A stretch of 64,000 nt of DNA, taken from positions 176,392,001 through 176,456,000 of the forward strand of contig CM059425.1 of assembly GCA_030390025.1 (NCBI GenBank), given 5' to 3'. The translations under genes were made by a program, and so were the position numbers. The stretch comes from Squalus acanthias. Taxonomy: Eukaryota. The notes below the pieces were generated by a model that worked only from the letters and a program-made list of their open reading frames with translations, searched no databases and had not been told where the DNA came from. Positions 25,755 through 40,150 of this stretch are shown piece by piece. How positions within the stretch are numbered: position 1 is the stretch's first letter; each line of letters opens with the position of its first letter.

Positions 25755-26184
25755 GGCTCGTAATTTGCTGTCAGCGGCGAAGCAAAGTTGCTCGCAGTTG
25801 GCCCTGAAGAAAGCTGCCCGCAGAAATCTTGCGACCTCTGTGGCAAGAAGTTTGCCTTTATGACGTTCAACGTTTGTTTACCAGTCAATATGCTGTTAAA
25901 ACCCCAGTTATACCTATTCCAACAAGTTTAACATTTGATAGGGTATTTAACAGCGATATTACCGCGGAAAGGCCTAAGTTTTCGTCAGTTTCACTGATTT
26001 CACTGATTTGACTGATTACCGGCTATGGGGATGGTTCACAGCGCAGCCTGTGTCGGAGCAGTGAATGACTGACCGCAACTTCAGGATTTCTGCGTTTAGA
26101 TGCATATGCATTAAATGCTGAATTTGGGGTAATGACACCGAACGCTGGCAGTTCGTCGTCATTATCCATCGCAAATTCCGGGCC
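25755..26184. mobile_element. Harbinger-type MITE
   Basis: ggctcgtaatttgc / gcaaattccgggcc; TSD AAT; inverted relative at 44153-44612. Confidence 0.8.
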
Positions 26185-27521
26185 AATGTCACCAAACATA
26201 AATTGCCCTCACTACAAATTGCTTGTTTCTTTCCACTGCCTAAAATGAAACTTAAAACAACAAAATGTGTTTCCAATATAAATAGTATAATACGGTACTC
26301 TTTCTAAGCCCCTGAGGTAACAGTTGGAAAGAGTTTAACTAATTCTGCCAAGTAATTAGGATGGTTAGCAGTGCCAAGACAATGGCTAATACTTCAAAGA
26401 TCAAAGCAGTTCTGCATCTTGCTCTTCATAAAATATTGGGAAAGGGAATGTTAGTAACATTGATACAATTTGGAGCGGGAACTGGCTTATAATTAGAAAT
26501 TGGTGAGTAGTTAATGAGCATGGGGATTTAGTTGCTGAGATCAGAACTCCAATTAATTGCAAGGACAATGTACTTATGAGATTACATTACATAAATAATC
26601 AATCTCCTACTTCAGAGACATTCATCATAGTAGTTCAATAATGTTTAGTTGTGTAACATTGTAAAATGCTTTTAGCACTTGATTTTTTTCCAAGTTAGTC
26701 ATCTTATGATGCATTATTATTGACTGTTGAAACATTTTCTCTTTAGTGCGCATACCTATTGCATTATATCAGTAAATCATCTATCCATAATCTAGAAGAA
26801 TTTACAAAGTGCTCCTTGTGATATTGGTTTTCAGTTAATTAAATGCTGTTTGGATTAAAGGGCCCTAAAAATCCAGGGTCAGAAACTCGGCTGGGACCTA
26901 TATTACCACGGAAAAGCCTAAATTTGCGTCAGTTTCACAGATTTCACTGATTACTGACTATGTGGTGGAGTGGTTCACATACAGAAGTAGGCCCCATTTG
27001 GGGGTCTAGGCTGGGATCAAGGTCAGAAGAAAAAAGATTTTTTTTTAGAAGTAAACCAAGTAAACAATGGGTGCCAGGAGGCAGCTGTTTCTTCTGTCGG
27101 GGGAGCTCCCAGCACCACCCGCTACTGTGCGGATTTTCCGACATTGAGACTATGGCAGACATCCCAGATATGCCCCTAGTGGCATGGGCACCTGGCATTG
27201 GCCTGCAAATTGGGAACATTCCCATTGACCCTGGAAAGTGTGCTGAGGTTCACAATGGGGTCACCATGGTACTTATGCCGAGATGCACCGACCGACGTGC
27301 GGATTTTTAGTATTCTCTGTTTTTCGCTTGTTTTTTAAAAAATTGAAACCTCGTTCTGTACAGGGAAGGAATCGATTTGCATTTCAGATCTTTCCATTTT
27401 GCTATTAAAATACTTATAATTCAATGCTACCACAGTTTAATACTTTGACATTTAAGTCTTTTATAAAAATAATTGTAAAGAGAAATTTTTGCTGGACTTG
27501 TAAATTATTTTTTGAATACAA

Positions 27522-27706
27522 GAATGATTAGGTACGGGAAAAGACCATTAGGACAGATGAATGATTAGGTACGGGAAAAGACCATTAGGACAGATGAATG
27601 ATTAGGTACGGGAAAAGACCATTAGGACAGATGAATGATTAGGTACGGGAAAAGACCATTAGGACAGATGAATGATTAGGTACGGGAAAAGACCATTAGG
27701 ACAGAT
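27522..27706 (+). repeat. Minisatellite, 5 perfect 37-bp units
   Basis: gaatgattaggtacgggaaaagaccattaggacagat x5. Confidence 0.97.
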
Positions 27707-28129
27707 GCCCTTTTTAAACTCAACCGACCCACCTTCTCAACCTGGGCTGATTTACACTGCTATGTTCTGGTGGCTGGTGTGGGGTGAGGCGGTCTTACTG
27801 CCAGCAAGATGCCGGGAGCATTTCTGCTGCTCCAGGGCGTAAATCTCATTCAAACCGCAAAATGAAGATGGAGATTCCCTGCCCCCCATTTTCAGTTTTC
27901 CAGCAGCGCGATGTCATTGCAGTCCACTTACGAGAGTTCTTCATGCTATTGCAAGTGACAGAGAAGTACCATTTCTTTGGCCTGTTTAATCATTTAGTGC
28001 TGCCTTTCTGTACTTTCAATTGTTCGTTTTTTTTAGCCGGTTCTGAGTTTAATCCTGGTTTTGAATTATTTTTCTGTATCTGCGCCTACTGTTCTGGGGA
28101 TTTAGCCTTTGTCTAGAAACAGCTCCCAC

Positions 28130-29040
28130 TGCATCTGATGGGCATTCCTTTGTGGAATTCTTCATGCCCTCAAGGGGCTGAAGGATGAGGAGGAGTTCTA
28201 CAGGCACAAGCAGGGGCAGGTGTACCCAAATTGGAGGAGGACTTAATGGGCCGGCTCCCGTCCAAACAGGTGGGTGTACAGGAAACACCACTGTTAGTTG
28301 GGTATGTCCAAGGAGTTCTGTCTTTGTCACGTATGCTTCACCAGGGAGGCAGTTATGAAATCATGCTGATACTGTAGCCAAAATTTCAAACCTCCTCCAC
28401 TGTCCATGGCAGTGAAAGTTGCAACTATCCCTAACGTACATGCTACTGACTTGGAGTACATATGTTAGATCAGCCAGTCTGCAGTTCACCACTGCAAACA
28501 TCGGGTCACTGATGCGTTGTTTTTCAGGGTTAAAAAGTTCATCACTTTTCCTAAGGACATCTGGACATCTACCAGCTGCAAGAGAAGGTTCTTCACTTTT
28601 TCCAAGCACGGCCTCATGGATATAACGACACAGGCTTCTATCACCAATGCTATGACATCTATGAAGAGGAAAGATTTGCATTCTCTTAAGTTTCAGCTTG
28701 TATGTATCTATCAGAAATACCTCATGCAGATGGACGCGAGGTAACTTGAAAAGCTCCCATGATGCATTTATTCTACAGCATTTTACAGTCCCGCCATTAT
28801 TTCAAAGCATTTCTGATGGGTGAATCTTCGGTGACTAGGAACATCCTCTTCAGTCGTGCAGAACTCAAGAACTGCAGCAGAACGAAAATATGATCAGACA
28901 CATGGCTCCACAAGGACACAGATAGAGCATACAATAGGCCAGCTGAAGCCAATATTCCATTGTCGAGATGGGTCTGGAAAGGTCTGAAGTCTGAAAAGAG
29001 TTTTGGAAATCATGACATTGTGGTGCATATTTCACAATTA
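28130..29040 (+). pseudogene. Highly decayed Harbinger transposase
   Basis: Translatable remnants LSMAVKVAT, SSHDAFILQH, HGSTRTQIEHTIGQLK..FHC.DGSG. Confidence 0.7.
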
Positions 29041-29635
29041 TACTAACAAGAAAGGAGTCACCATGCAGCAGGTACAGTAATGTAGTAGCTATGGTCCTGG
29101 ACTAGCAACCCAGTGGTCATCAGTTGCTGGTTTGTCATAAAGAATCCAACCTGTTCACTAATCTCCTCTACCTGCCACTCTACCTGGTCTGGCCTACACA
29201 CAATTCTAGTCCCACACTATGTGGCTGACTCTGAGGGGATGAATTTCCATGGGATTCTCCTGCTCATCCACTGTAATGGCTTTTACACCCTTCTCTGGCG
29301 TTTCCACGTGCTTCCGCCATAGTTACAGCGGATACTGGAGAAAGGCTGCAGAGATTCTCCCTCTGAATGCCCCCCCTTGACCTAGCAAGCCATTCAGTTG
29401 CACAGACAGTAAGGATAAAAAATAAATACGGCTTTGCCACCATTATCTGTATCCTAAGAACAAATATTAAAAAACGGAGGAAAGCCAGAAGGAGGCGAGA
29501 CAATGAGCTTAAGACTGAAGAGTTGCCAACTGCACAAGAGCGATTCTTCATTTTTTGAACCAAGACAGGGATACGCCGATGTACTTCCAAGTGTGCCGCC
29601 ACTGTGCCTATAGTGAAAAACCTCCCCTCATATCC

Positions 29636-30030
29636 ACAACAACAACAACTTGTATTTATATAGCACCCTTAACATTGTACAATATCCCAAGGTGCTTCAC
29701 AGGAGCATAATCAAGCAAAATTTGACATCGAGCCACTTAAGGAGATATTAGGATAGGTGAACGAGGTAGGTTTTAAAGTACATCTTAAAGGAGAATAGAG
29801 AGGTGGAGAGGTTTAGGGCCTAGGCAGCTGAAGGCAAGGCTGCCAATGGTGGAACGATGAAAATCACAGAGCACAGGAATGACGGGTGAGTGGGACTTGG
29901 TGCAAGTTAGGATACGGACAGCAGAGTTTCGGATGAGCTCAAGTTTACAGAGGGTGCAAGGGATGAGGCTGGCCAGGAGAGCATTGGAATAAACGAGTCT
30001 AGAGATAATAAAGGCATGGATTAAGGTATT
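29636..30030 (-). mobile_element. L2 3' fragment
   Basis: (caa)n tail; LIHAFIISRLVYSNALL. Confidence 0.8.
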
Positions 30031-30191
30031 CATCATCCTTTCACTCTCCTGAAATACCTGATTACCTTTTGAACTCATTTAAACTGTTTGCTTTAATAGT
30101 CTGCATCAAAACCAGGATCATCTTTATGGACTGCCTCTGCACTCTCTCTCTAAGGCAATAATATCCTTCCAGTGATTAGTTGATCAGATTA

Positions 30192-30860
30192 TAAGAACAT
30201 AAGAACATAAGAAATAGGAGCAGGAGTAGGCCAATCGGCCCCTCGAGCCTGCTCCGCCATTCAATAAGATCATGGCTGATCTGATCCTAACCGCCAATCT
30301 ACTATCTATCACAGAACCATCTCCTGCATCTAACAGAATTGCACACACGAAATAGGAGCAGAATCAGGCTACACAGTCCCTGGGCCCGCTCCACTACCCA
30401 CAGGGCCATGACCGATCCGAACCTAGACTCATGTCCAAATTCCTGCCCGCTCCCCGTAACCCTTAATGCCCTTTACTTCTAGGAAACTGTCTATTTCTGT
30501 TTTAAATTTAATTAATGTTGTAGCTTCTACAGCTTTTTGTGGCAGCATATTCCATGGACCTACCACCCTCTGAGTGAAGTAGTTCCTCCTCATCTCAGTT
30601 TTGAAAGAGCAGCCCCTTATTCTAAGACTATGTCCCCTAGTTCTCGTCTCACCCGTCATCGGGAACATCCTCCCCGCATCCACCCGATCCAACCCCTTCA
30701 CAATCTTATATGTTTCAATAAGATCGCCTCTCATTCTTCTGAACTCCAATGAGTAGAGTCCCAATCTACCCAACCTCTCCTCATATGACCACCCCCTCAT
30801 CCCCGGGATTGCACACAGTACTCCCAGATGGGGTCTGACGAGTGTCCTCTATCGCTGACC
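30192..30860 (-). mobile_element. CR1 3' fragment
   Basis: ORF 30429-30800 (LGLYSLEFRRMRGDLIETYK); (aagaacat)n tail. Confidence 0.88.
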
Positions 30861-32924
30861 CTTTGTGTGGTCAATGGGAATGTATCTAATTAGCATTAGG
30901 CAGGCAGGTACAAGTGCCACTCTCTTTGGTATGAACTCTATCTCTCTCCTAATGCAACCCAATATGATATTTTCCTTCTTTTACCACAGCAAAGCATGAC
31001 ATTGATAGTTTCATAGATCTACGTACTATAACCATCAAAGTTCTTTCCTGATCACCGCAATGACGGGCTTTTCCAATTTAACTTATACTTATTCTTTTGG
31101 CTCTTTTCTCCTATGCTAATATATAATTCAGTGTTTATTAAAATTGAAAAGGGTAGCAAGATTTTTATTAGTAAAATAATTGCAGATAAATGCTTTGTCA
31201 CTTTTCTGCTTTACAATGCTCACAATTTGACAGAATGCAATTTATAAAACTTGCATTTATATTTAACGTGCTTCAAAGAGGAGAAATGGACATCAACCAG
31301 TAGTAGAAGAATTCGGAGATATAACCATGGTCAAAAATATAGGCTATGACGAGGCTTTTAAAGATGGGAAGTGGCCAAATGGAGGGATTTAGCAAGAGAG
31401 TTCCTGAAGAGTAACCTTAATAGCCATTGCTATTGTTTCATGCTTTAAAATTGCTAGTTGGAGAAAAAATGAGAGTAGAAATGTTGACCCTGAATACATG
31501 GGTGGATGGGTGGAGAGTCACATCCTGCATTAGTGTCAAGATACATCCACCCATCTGGGGTCAGGGGGAAGTCCTGCGATTTAAATGCCTTCGGCAGGCT
31601 AGGGTCGAATTAATGACAATCCCCTCGCAAAAAAGATGCTGGGAGATCCAGCTGCAGAGTCCCAGACTGTGGTGGGGGTATTGGGTCCTCCCTGGATGAA
31701 TCATGGCGGTGTCACCGTGGCCTCCTTGCAAAAGGAGCTACTTTAAATAAAACATTTAATGGCCAAACCTCAGGGATCCAGGCCTCAATCCCGGTTTGGA
31801 CCCCCACATGGTCCCCACATGCACCAGTGGGCTGGGAGGTACACCTGGTCTGACCAAGTGTATCTACCCTGACCCTACACTGGGTCACTCTGAAGGCCCA
31901 GACAGGGGGACTCTTGATGCAGGGAGTCGGTGGCCGGGCCATGCCCGACCTTTACAACAATGGCCTTGTAAGGAGTTAGTGGAGGCTCCGTCCCCATGAG
32001 ACCATCGTTGAAGGCTCGCAGCTATGTCTGTGCCATGTTTAACCAGATCCTGACCTAGTTTCTGGCTGTTATGATGGGAGTACGTTGGAACAGCCATGGA
32101 TTTTCGGGTTTTTGTGTAGAATTCCCACTTGAAGTCCAATCATGCTTTCCAGTCCAGCGAATTCTTGAGTTGGAATAGAATCATAGAATCATAGAAATTT
32201 ACAGCACAGAAGGAGGTTATTCTGTGCCGGCCGAAGAAGAGCTATCCAGCCTAATCCCACTTTCCAGCTCGTGGTCTGAAGCCCTACCCAGAATTCACCA
32301 TTCCCGTTGGTGTGCCAGAGAAGTAAAACTTCATGTTCTCAGGCTGTCCTTAAAGAGTAAAATATGGTAACAAAGGTAGCAAGATCTATATCTGTGCACT
32401 TTTCACTAGTTGCCTCATTAGAATTATAGGCCTAGAAATTCGGGGGCTTAGCGCCGGCCGTTACCGCCCAATTCGGGAAAGAAATGGCGGCCACCGCATT
32501 TCCGCCCGCTACTGGCGGGTTCCCACGGCGGACACCATTTTCGACTGGGCAGCAGCACTGCTGATGTCCGCACTCATGAAAATTATGGAGATTATGCAGA
32601 TCGTGATGTCAGTGATTGTGCAACGCTCACTTGATGCCTGATCTGCGATTTTCAGTTCGCCGCTCCACTTACAGGCATGTCTTAATTGCGACCAGCTGAG
32701 CAAGCGTTGACGGGCAGGAAGGAGGCTCCAGCCGCAAAGGGATCATCAGCAACAACTTGCAGCTGACATGTTTCTGCAGTTTGACTGGCGCTGTGGAACT
32801 TTCTGCAACTCCAGCAGCTTTATTAACTTCTGTCAAGGTCTTAAGGTAACAGGGAGTGTTGGGGTAAGTAGAGAACACCTTCATTCTTATTTAAAGGATT
32901 CTGCTCACAACACTTGCTCACAGT

Positions 32925-33880
32925 CATGGGACTCTACTGACAGTCCTTCTCGTACTCGAGTATCTTCAGGAGAGGGAGTGGAGACAGAAGAGAAGATGCG
33001 CGCGGAGGAGGAGGAGGAGGGCCAGGAGGGCTCTCAACAGGAGGCCTTACCCACCTAGGGTCTTCTGAGAGCACTTCTCTTATATCCACTTAAGCGATGA
33101 GCAGTGTATTAGGAGGCTCCGCTTCAACAAGGAGGTAGTCACAGAACTCTGACACCTCCTGCAACCAGACCAGCAGCCTGAGAGCAGGGCGACCACGGCT
33201 CTCCCAGTGGCCCTCAAAGTCACTGTGGGCCTCAATCTCTTCGCCAGCGGATCCTTCCAGTCTGCAGCAGGAGACATAGCTAACATCTCCCAGTTCACCC
33301 TCCATCGCTGCATCCGGGAGGTCACTGAGGCTCTCTGCATCAGGAGAAGGGACCACGTTTTCTTCTCTCTGAGCAGAGAGAAGCAGGAGGCCTGCGCATG
33401 TTGCTTTGCCAGGATAGCGGGTTTCCCCATGGTGCAGGTGCCATCAACTGCACCCACTTGGCTTTGTGGGTGCTGTATAACAATCCTGAGATCTTCCATA
33501 ACCGCAAAGGTTACCACTTATAATGTGCAGTTGTTATGCAACCACGCTCAGCACTTCCTGATGGTGAATGCCCACTATCCTGGCAGCAGTCATAATGCCT
33601 TCATCCTGCATCAGTCCAGTGTGCCAGCAATCTTTGAGCCACCACGTCAAACCAAAGGGGATGCTCAGAGACAAGGGCTATCCGCTCTGCACCTAGGCTC
33701 ATGACTCCCCTCCACAACCCCAATACTCCTGCCCAGCACTCATATAATGAAAGCCATGCTGCCACTAGGACCATCATCGAGCAGACCATCAGGCTGCTGA
33801 AGCAATGGTTCCGCTGCCTTGATCGCTCGGGAGGAACCCTCCAGTACTCGGCGGAGCGGGTCTCCCATTTCGTGGTGCTC
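32925..33880 (+). pseudogene. Harbinger transposase with stops and frameshifts, 3'-deleted
   Basis: LNLFASGSFQ, GFPMVQ, YPGSSHNAFIL, HAATRTIIEQTIRLLKQWFRCLD. Confidence 0.9.
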
Positions 33881-35165
33881 TGGAAAACATGGGCTCCAAG
33901 CTCTGTGCAAAGCCCCATCCAATGTTGGAGCCGGACTCCTCCATGCTTCTTGACATTGCCAAGAGGCTCTCTGGCAGGCTTGCCATTGCACCTAGCAATT
34001 CGGTGTGCATGGCCATCACCCTTCTTCTGAAGGCCGCCCCAATCGAGGTCCTCATCTGAGTCCTGTGCAGCAGAACTCATGTGCGAACTCGCCCTCCGGG
34101 ATGCTGGCTCCTGAGCTACCCTATCCCCCTGGCCTTGCTGCAGCCCACTCGTGCCCTGTGCAGATCCCACATCTATACTACACTCTAAATTACGCGCAGT
34201 GCCAGTTTCTGAGCTGGTGTCTGTGAGTGACAGATGCAGTGACGCTGTGTCTTATTCTCCCCCCTCACTCTCCTCCATCGATTCAGGGGACAGGCTGTGC
34301 TGCTGCTTATCCATGGTTATCTGAAAGCAGAAAGGCACAAGAGTCGTTTTCTGGTGAGGGGAGTGGGGAAAGCAAGATATGCATGCGTACAGCATCAGCA
34401 GTTTGAAAGTGAGAAGAGATTGTGTGATGAGGGTAAGTGGGATGTGAGAAGAAGGATGAGGAATGACCATACCATTATTGTCCCCAAGGGCTTCTACTTC
34501 GCTTGTTGCCACGGCTTCGGTGATCTCCCCTTCAATGATGTCGAACACTCTGTCCTCCAGTTGGCTCAAGGCCTGTATTGCAGCTTGCCCCCGCCTGTCT
34601 GACGCTGCCCCCAGTGATTGTGCGCGACCTTGGCCTGCAAGAGAAAGGGAAGTATGTCAGTGAGTGTGATGCAATGCGTTTGGGTGATGTGCCTGCCATA
34701 GTTGAATAGTTGTCAGTGTGTGCAAGATGTGAGATGTGGGTGTGAGTGTTGCAGCAGTGGTAAAGTTGTGAGGGTGAAGTGAAGCTATGATTGTGAGGTC
34801 TGAGTGGTGAAAGGTCGAGATTGTTGGTAGGTGAGTGCTGGGGGTGTGGTGCATTGAGCAGTGTGTAAGGCTTGTGGTGGAGATGGTGGGATATGGCATT
34901 TGCTGAAGCCTTCACACACCTTGACCTGCTGTGTGAGGTCATTAAACTTCTTGCGGCATTGGATGGAGGACCTAGGGACCACGCTGTTGGCCATCACATA
35001 ATCAGATATCTCATGCCACAGCCTTCTGCACATTTGGGCCGATAGCTTCCTGCCGGCTTGCGGGAAGAGGACAGCCCGCCTCCTCTCCACGGCCACCATC
35101 AGTGACTCCAGAGCTATGTCTGAGAAACGTCTTGCTCTCTCCCTCTGCTGCCGCTCAGCGATCTC
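33881..35165 (-). pseudogene. Harbinger Myb/SANT-like partner gene, three exons
   Basis: RFSDIALESL..LWHEI..QCRKKFNDL; splice sites: exon 1 ends 34920, exon 2 34634-34473, exon 3 starts 34320. Confidence 0.8.
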
Positions 35166-36408
35166 TTTCTAGTTGGTTGTGCTTCCAAGTGACGCTCCAA
35201 ATGGAATAGCAATGAGGTGCTGTTGCATCAATGCACCTTCCCTTTAAGTACTGGATAAAGCCTAGGCCAAACATGACTTGGAATTGGACTGGACCCGATA
35301 TTGGCCCACCTGTTGAGCGGGAAGCCAATGAACAGTGGTTTTAGTGCTGAGATCAGCACTATAATCCTGTAAATGAGCACTAAGCACGAATTTTGTGGGC
35401 TACCTAGACCATTTTGACCAGGCACAGCTATATAGCGCTGGGCCATGACACCACCTGTTTTCGGGCCATATCTAATTTCTAGGCCATAAAATCTTACAGC
35501 ACAGAAGGAGGCCATTCTGCCCATCATGCCTGTGCAGACTCTTTGAAATAGCTGTCCAATTTAGTCCTCAATTAAGGGCAGCCTGGGAGCAATGTTTTTT
35601 GATAGCATTCAACCGCTTAACATTAAGGATTATGGGAGAATTCAGTAGAATATGTTTTCCCTCAAAATTTAATTTTGTTTTTTGGCTATTTGTTGAAATG
35701 TGCACTTAACAGAAGTACAAAAATGTGTGCATGTAAAAATAGTTTCGGAAATGTTATTTTATATTTGCAATATTAGAATAATTGAGAATTGAAACTGATA
35801 GATAAACATTTTACCATTATCAATGGAAAGAAAGAGCGGAGATGAACTCAACTCCAAAGTTACGTACTTAAAAGAAAATTGCCCTTAATACTGACTTTTC
35901 CTTAAACAGCAAACTTGCAGACATCCATATAAAAGAATTGAGGCAAATCTGAACTTTAAAAAGTGATAGATTCAAGATTTCTATAGATAAGTAGGAGACT
36001 ATTTAAATGTGTACCTATTGATTATTCTATAACAATAATTTAGTGGGATTGCATTTGAGAATTATTGATGTCCCAGTTATATTGACTGCTTTTGTTTCAT
36101 GTCTGAATCTTTTTAAAAATGAAAACCCATTGGGGATAACTTTGACTTTGGGCGATAGTGTAAAACGGGCGGTATTGATTCAGCCATCCATTATATATCT
36201 CTCCCAATTTTCAATTCCATTGAAGCCATTGAAGTTTATTCTGCCACATCAACTGAAAAATGAACTAATGCTTCAGAAATATCCGAGCCTCACCAAGGTA
36301 CCATATTGTCTATACTGCTGTTTGAAGTTGCTTTTAATGAGTAATATGGTGATTTCTGCACTTGAAGTGAATACTGATCCTCTGTGTGAAAATTGGCCAG
36401 CGTAATAA

Positions 36409-36849
<441 letters not shown>

Positions 36850-37249
36850 TAAGCAGTTATTGTGCATCAGCTTTTTCAATGTTTAAACCTAAGAGAGAGT
36901 TATGTTTTAGTTCCAGATCATGAATGATATTTTAGCAATTCGAACTTTCTGTGCCTAACAGTAAACGTTACTGGTCTCTTATAATGGGTAGTGTGTTACT
37001 GTTGTGACCTTAATGATGTTGTTTCTACAGAATTTGTTTTGGGATTGTTCAATAGTTTTTTTTTACGTTTTAAGGAAAGAATCTGAGAAATATCAACAAG
37101 ATAATGTGGTGCATTTATATCATAGTTATATGCAAAATGTTTTCAGACATGCAAGACTACATGTTTAATTCATCTGATTTATCATTCATGCTGTAGTGCT
37201 TTAAGTAGATTCTGTGTAATTACACTGTACCTGTGAAACTAAATAGAAT

Positions 37250-37920
37250 CAACAACTTACAGCACTCCTCACCCACAGAAAGACATTACAGAGTACTTTA
37301 CAGGATGGAGGACAAAAATGGACACCAAGCAGGAAAGAGAGAGGGAACAGAGAGGTTAAGGAGTGAGGATGAAAACAAGGCCAAAGAGCAGGGTTTTAGG
37401 AGGCTTCTGAAAGCAAGGATGGAGGGAGCATGGCATTGGTGTTTAGGGAGGATGTTCCAGAGGGCAGATGCATAATGACTGAAAATGAGTATCCACCAAT
37501 GATAGGGTAGAGGGAATGAGGAGTAACTTGGTGTCAGAGGGAGGGAGGGTGTGCTCGGTGACATATGATTGGAGGGGATCGCTGAGGAGAGTGGAGAAAG
37601 ATCATGAAAGGATTTAAAGGTGAGGATGAAGATCTTAAAATCAATTCTCTGGGACACAGATGGCCAAGGGAGCCTGGTAAGGACGGGTGATGAAAGGGTA
37701 GGACTTTGTGTAAGTGAAGATGTAGGCCACAGCATTCCAGATAAGTTGCAGACTGGAGAGAGTGGAGGTTGGCAAGGACAACGTTGAAGAAGTCAGGCCT
37801 CAAGATGACCAGTGGGGAAGAGATAGGATCAAGGAAAAAAGCGGTTTTGGGTAATAGATTGGATGTGGGGTAGGAAGCTGAGTTTGGGTCAAACAACACA
37901 CCAAGGATTCACATCTCCTA
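37250..37920 (-). mobile_element. Old L2 fragment
   Basis: RLPW..QRIDFKIFILTFKS remnant. Confidence 0.65.
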
Positions 37921-38409
37921 GCCTGTGGTGTCTCACACTAAAGAAAATATAATTTGATTGCACTTTCAAGAGGTTAATATTGTATGCAAAAAGAGCACTG
38001 AGTTGATTCTTGATTTTCCATTAGGTGTGCAATCTGTTTATTAAAGCCTAGTTTAAAAATAAGTAAAACATAATGTTCTGAGTACAATAATAATATGGGG
38101 AAAAAACCTGTTAATTTTGTTTTTTGCAGTCATATTTATCGCAAGACAGATATTCTCCAGCAATCCTAAGCAATTGCTAATTCACCAAATCATTCTCCTC
38201 TGTTATACTGTTCTACTGCAATCTAAGTATTAATCTATGATGAAAGCAATGTTCATGGTGTATTTTTTGAGTGAGGACAAAAAAAAATTGGCTTTAAAGG
38301 GATAGGACCGTTAACAACAGCTACACTTTAGCAGCAGAATAATACATTGTGTGTTATGTGGTTTAATGGATCTGTCTTTATAAAACAGCATATCCTCCAA
38401 CTTACGACA

Positions 38410-38800
38410 TCAATAACTTGCATTTATATAAAGCCTTCAACGTAGTAAAATATCCCAAGGAGCTTCACAGGAGCAATATCAAACAAAGAGGTAGGTTTTA
38501 AGGAGCATCTTAAAGGAGGAGAGAGATTTAGAGAGACGGAGAGGTTTAGGGAGGGAATTCCGGAGCTTAGGGCCTAGGCAGCCGAAGGCATGGCCAGCAA
38601 TGGTGGAGCAATGGAAATCGAGGCTGCGCAAGAGGCCAGAATTGGAGGAACACAGAGATCTCGGCGGGTTGTCGGGCTGGAGGAGGTTACAGAGATAGGG
38701 AGGGTGTGGCCGTAGAGGGATTTGACGGATGAGAATTTTAAATTTGAGGTGTTGTCGGTCTGGGTCAAGTCAGCGAGCACAGGGGCGACGAGCAATGTGA
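38410..38800 (-). mobile_element. L2 3' fragment
   Basis: Matches 41401-41850. Confidence 0.8.
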
Positions 38801-39994
38801 TGAAAGATCTACTAGTAATTACAAAAAAGGGTAGGTGCATACATTTTGTTTACCATTTGATTTGACAAGTCAACAAAATTAGTCATAAACAAATGTGGCC
38901 GATTTATTGAGGGGCAGTAAAAATCTACGGCCATTTAAAATTTAAAATGTTCTGTAACAATCAGAATAGACCTTGAGCATACATCCTTCTTGATTAGGTG
39001 TATTTGGAAGAAAGGTAAATATGATGCTGCTCATTTGTTCTCTTTTTGATCTTTTCTCTAGCATTGGAACAGCTAATGAAATACTGCCGTTGGTGGTATT
39101 CTCGTGCTCTTTTAGTATGACTATCCTGCCAGTAAAGAATAGCAGAAAGTGGATGCAAATTAAATTGTCTGGCTACAAAGGAGTTACACTAGATTGTGAC
39201 GCTGTATTTAATTTGAATAACAGTATGTGACATATAGGTTCCGAATGGACATAAATAAAATCTTTGAGAATGAGCTCTGCTTTTCAAACTGTAAGGAGAA
39301 CTTGTGTTTGATAAATGGCTTATTTTATTCTATGAAATACTCCACAAAAATGAATTCTTTCTGCTAGATCAAATTCCAAATTTAGAAGCATCTTATTAAA
39401 TTTCTATCACAATAAATAAAATATGATCATAACTGAAGCACAATGAAACTTTGGATATCTTAGAATGTATAGCCCTCCAGCGGAATGGCTCCTACCAGTG
39501 GAATTCAGGGGAGTGGGGACCAGGAAATTAAATGGCTGGTGGTCCCACCCAGTCCCTGAAAATTCACCCCACGCATATTTCCATTGGGGCTGTATGCTTG
39601 TGCTGTTTGTTTTGAGTGTGAACCTTATTAGGCATGCAGCGTATTAATAAAGACCTTTAGCAGGTCTCTGATCGTATTTCCAATGTTTGGGCAGATGCCT
39701 GCCCATTGTAACCCTGTGTTAAAGAGAAGGAGCTTGAAAGGATAGAATGGAAGGATTTTTAAAGTCTTATATGTTTTTTTTCAGCTAAGTTTGAAATTAC
39801 TGTTTTTTATTTTGCAGATCATTTTTTAGCTTTAACTTGTTCCAAATGTTCACCTAATGTTTAATGTATCTTTCTCCTGATCACATTATGTTGGGAATAT
39901 TTATGTGATGATAAAAGTAGCTGAATCAGTGTTATCGAAACTCTCTTTAAGAGTTCTGCAGAATGGAAAGTTCCTTAACACAGGATCTGAGACA

Positions 39995-40150
39995 AGTTTC
40001 TCACAATACCAATATTTATCACTAATATTTCTCACAATACTAGTATTACTCACAATACCAATTTTTCTCATTGTACCATAATTTCTCAATATTAATATTT
40101 CTAACAATATGAACATTTCTCACAATATCAATATTTCTCACAATACTAAT
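39995..40150 (+). repeat. Degenerate ~18-bp tandem repeat (tttctcacaatacyaata)
   Basis: Recurrent ttctcacaatac / aatatt units. Confidence 0.7.

Larger units (their letters stand above)
32429..35485. mobile_element. Two-gene PIF/Harbinger transposon with both ends, defective
   Basis: Perfect 12-bp TIR ggcctagaaatt / aatttctaggcc; TSD ATA; convergent transposase and Myb/SANT-like genes. Confidence 0.93.

Noticed and set aside
27522..27706. CRISPR-like 37-bp repeats
   Set aside because: No spacers, no cas genes, eukaryotic context.
36043..36405. 120-aa ORF just upstream of the KCNN2 exon
   Set aside because: No recognisable homology; stops before the splice acceptor.
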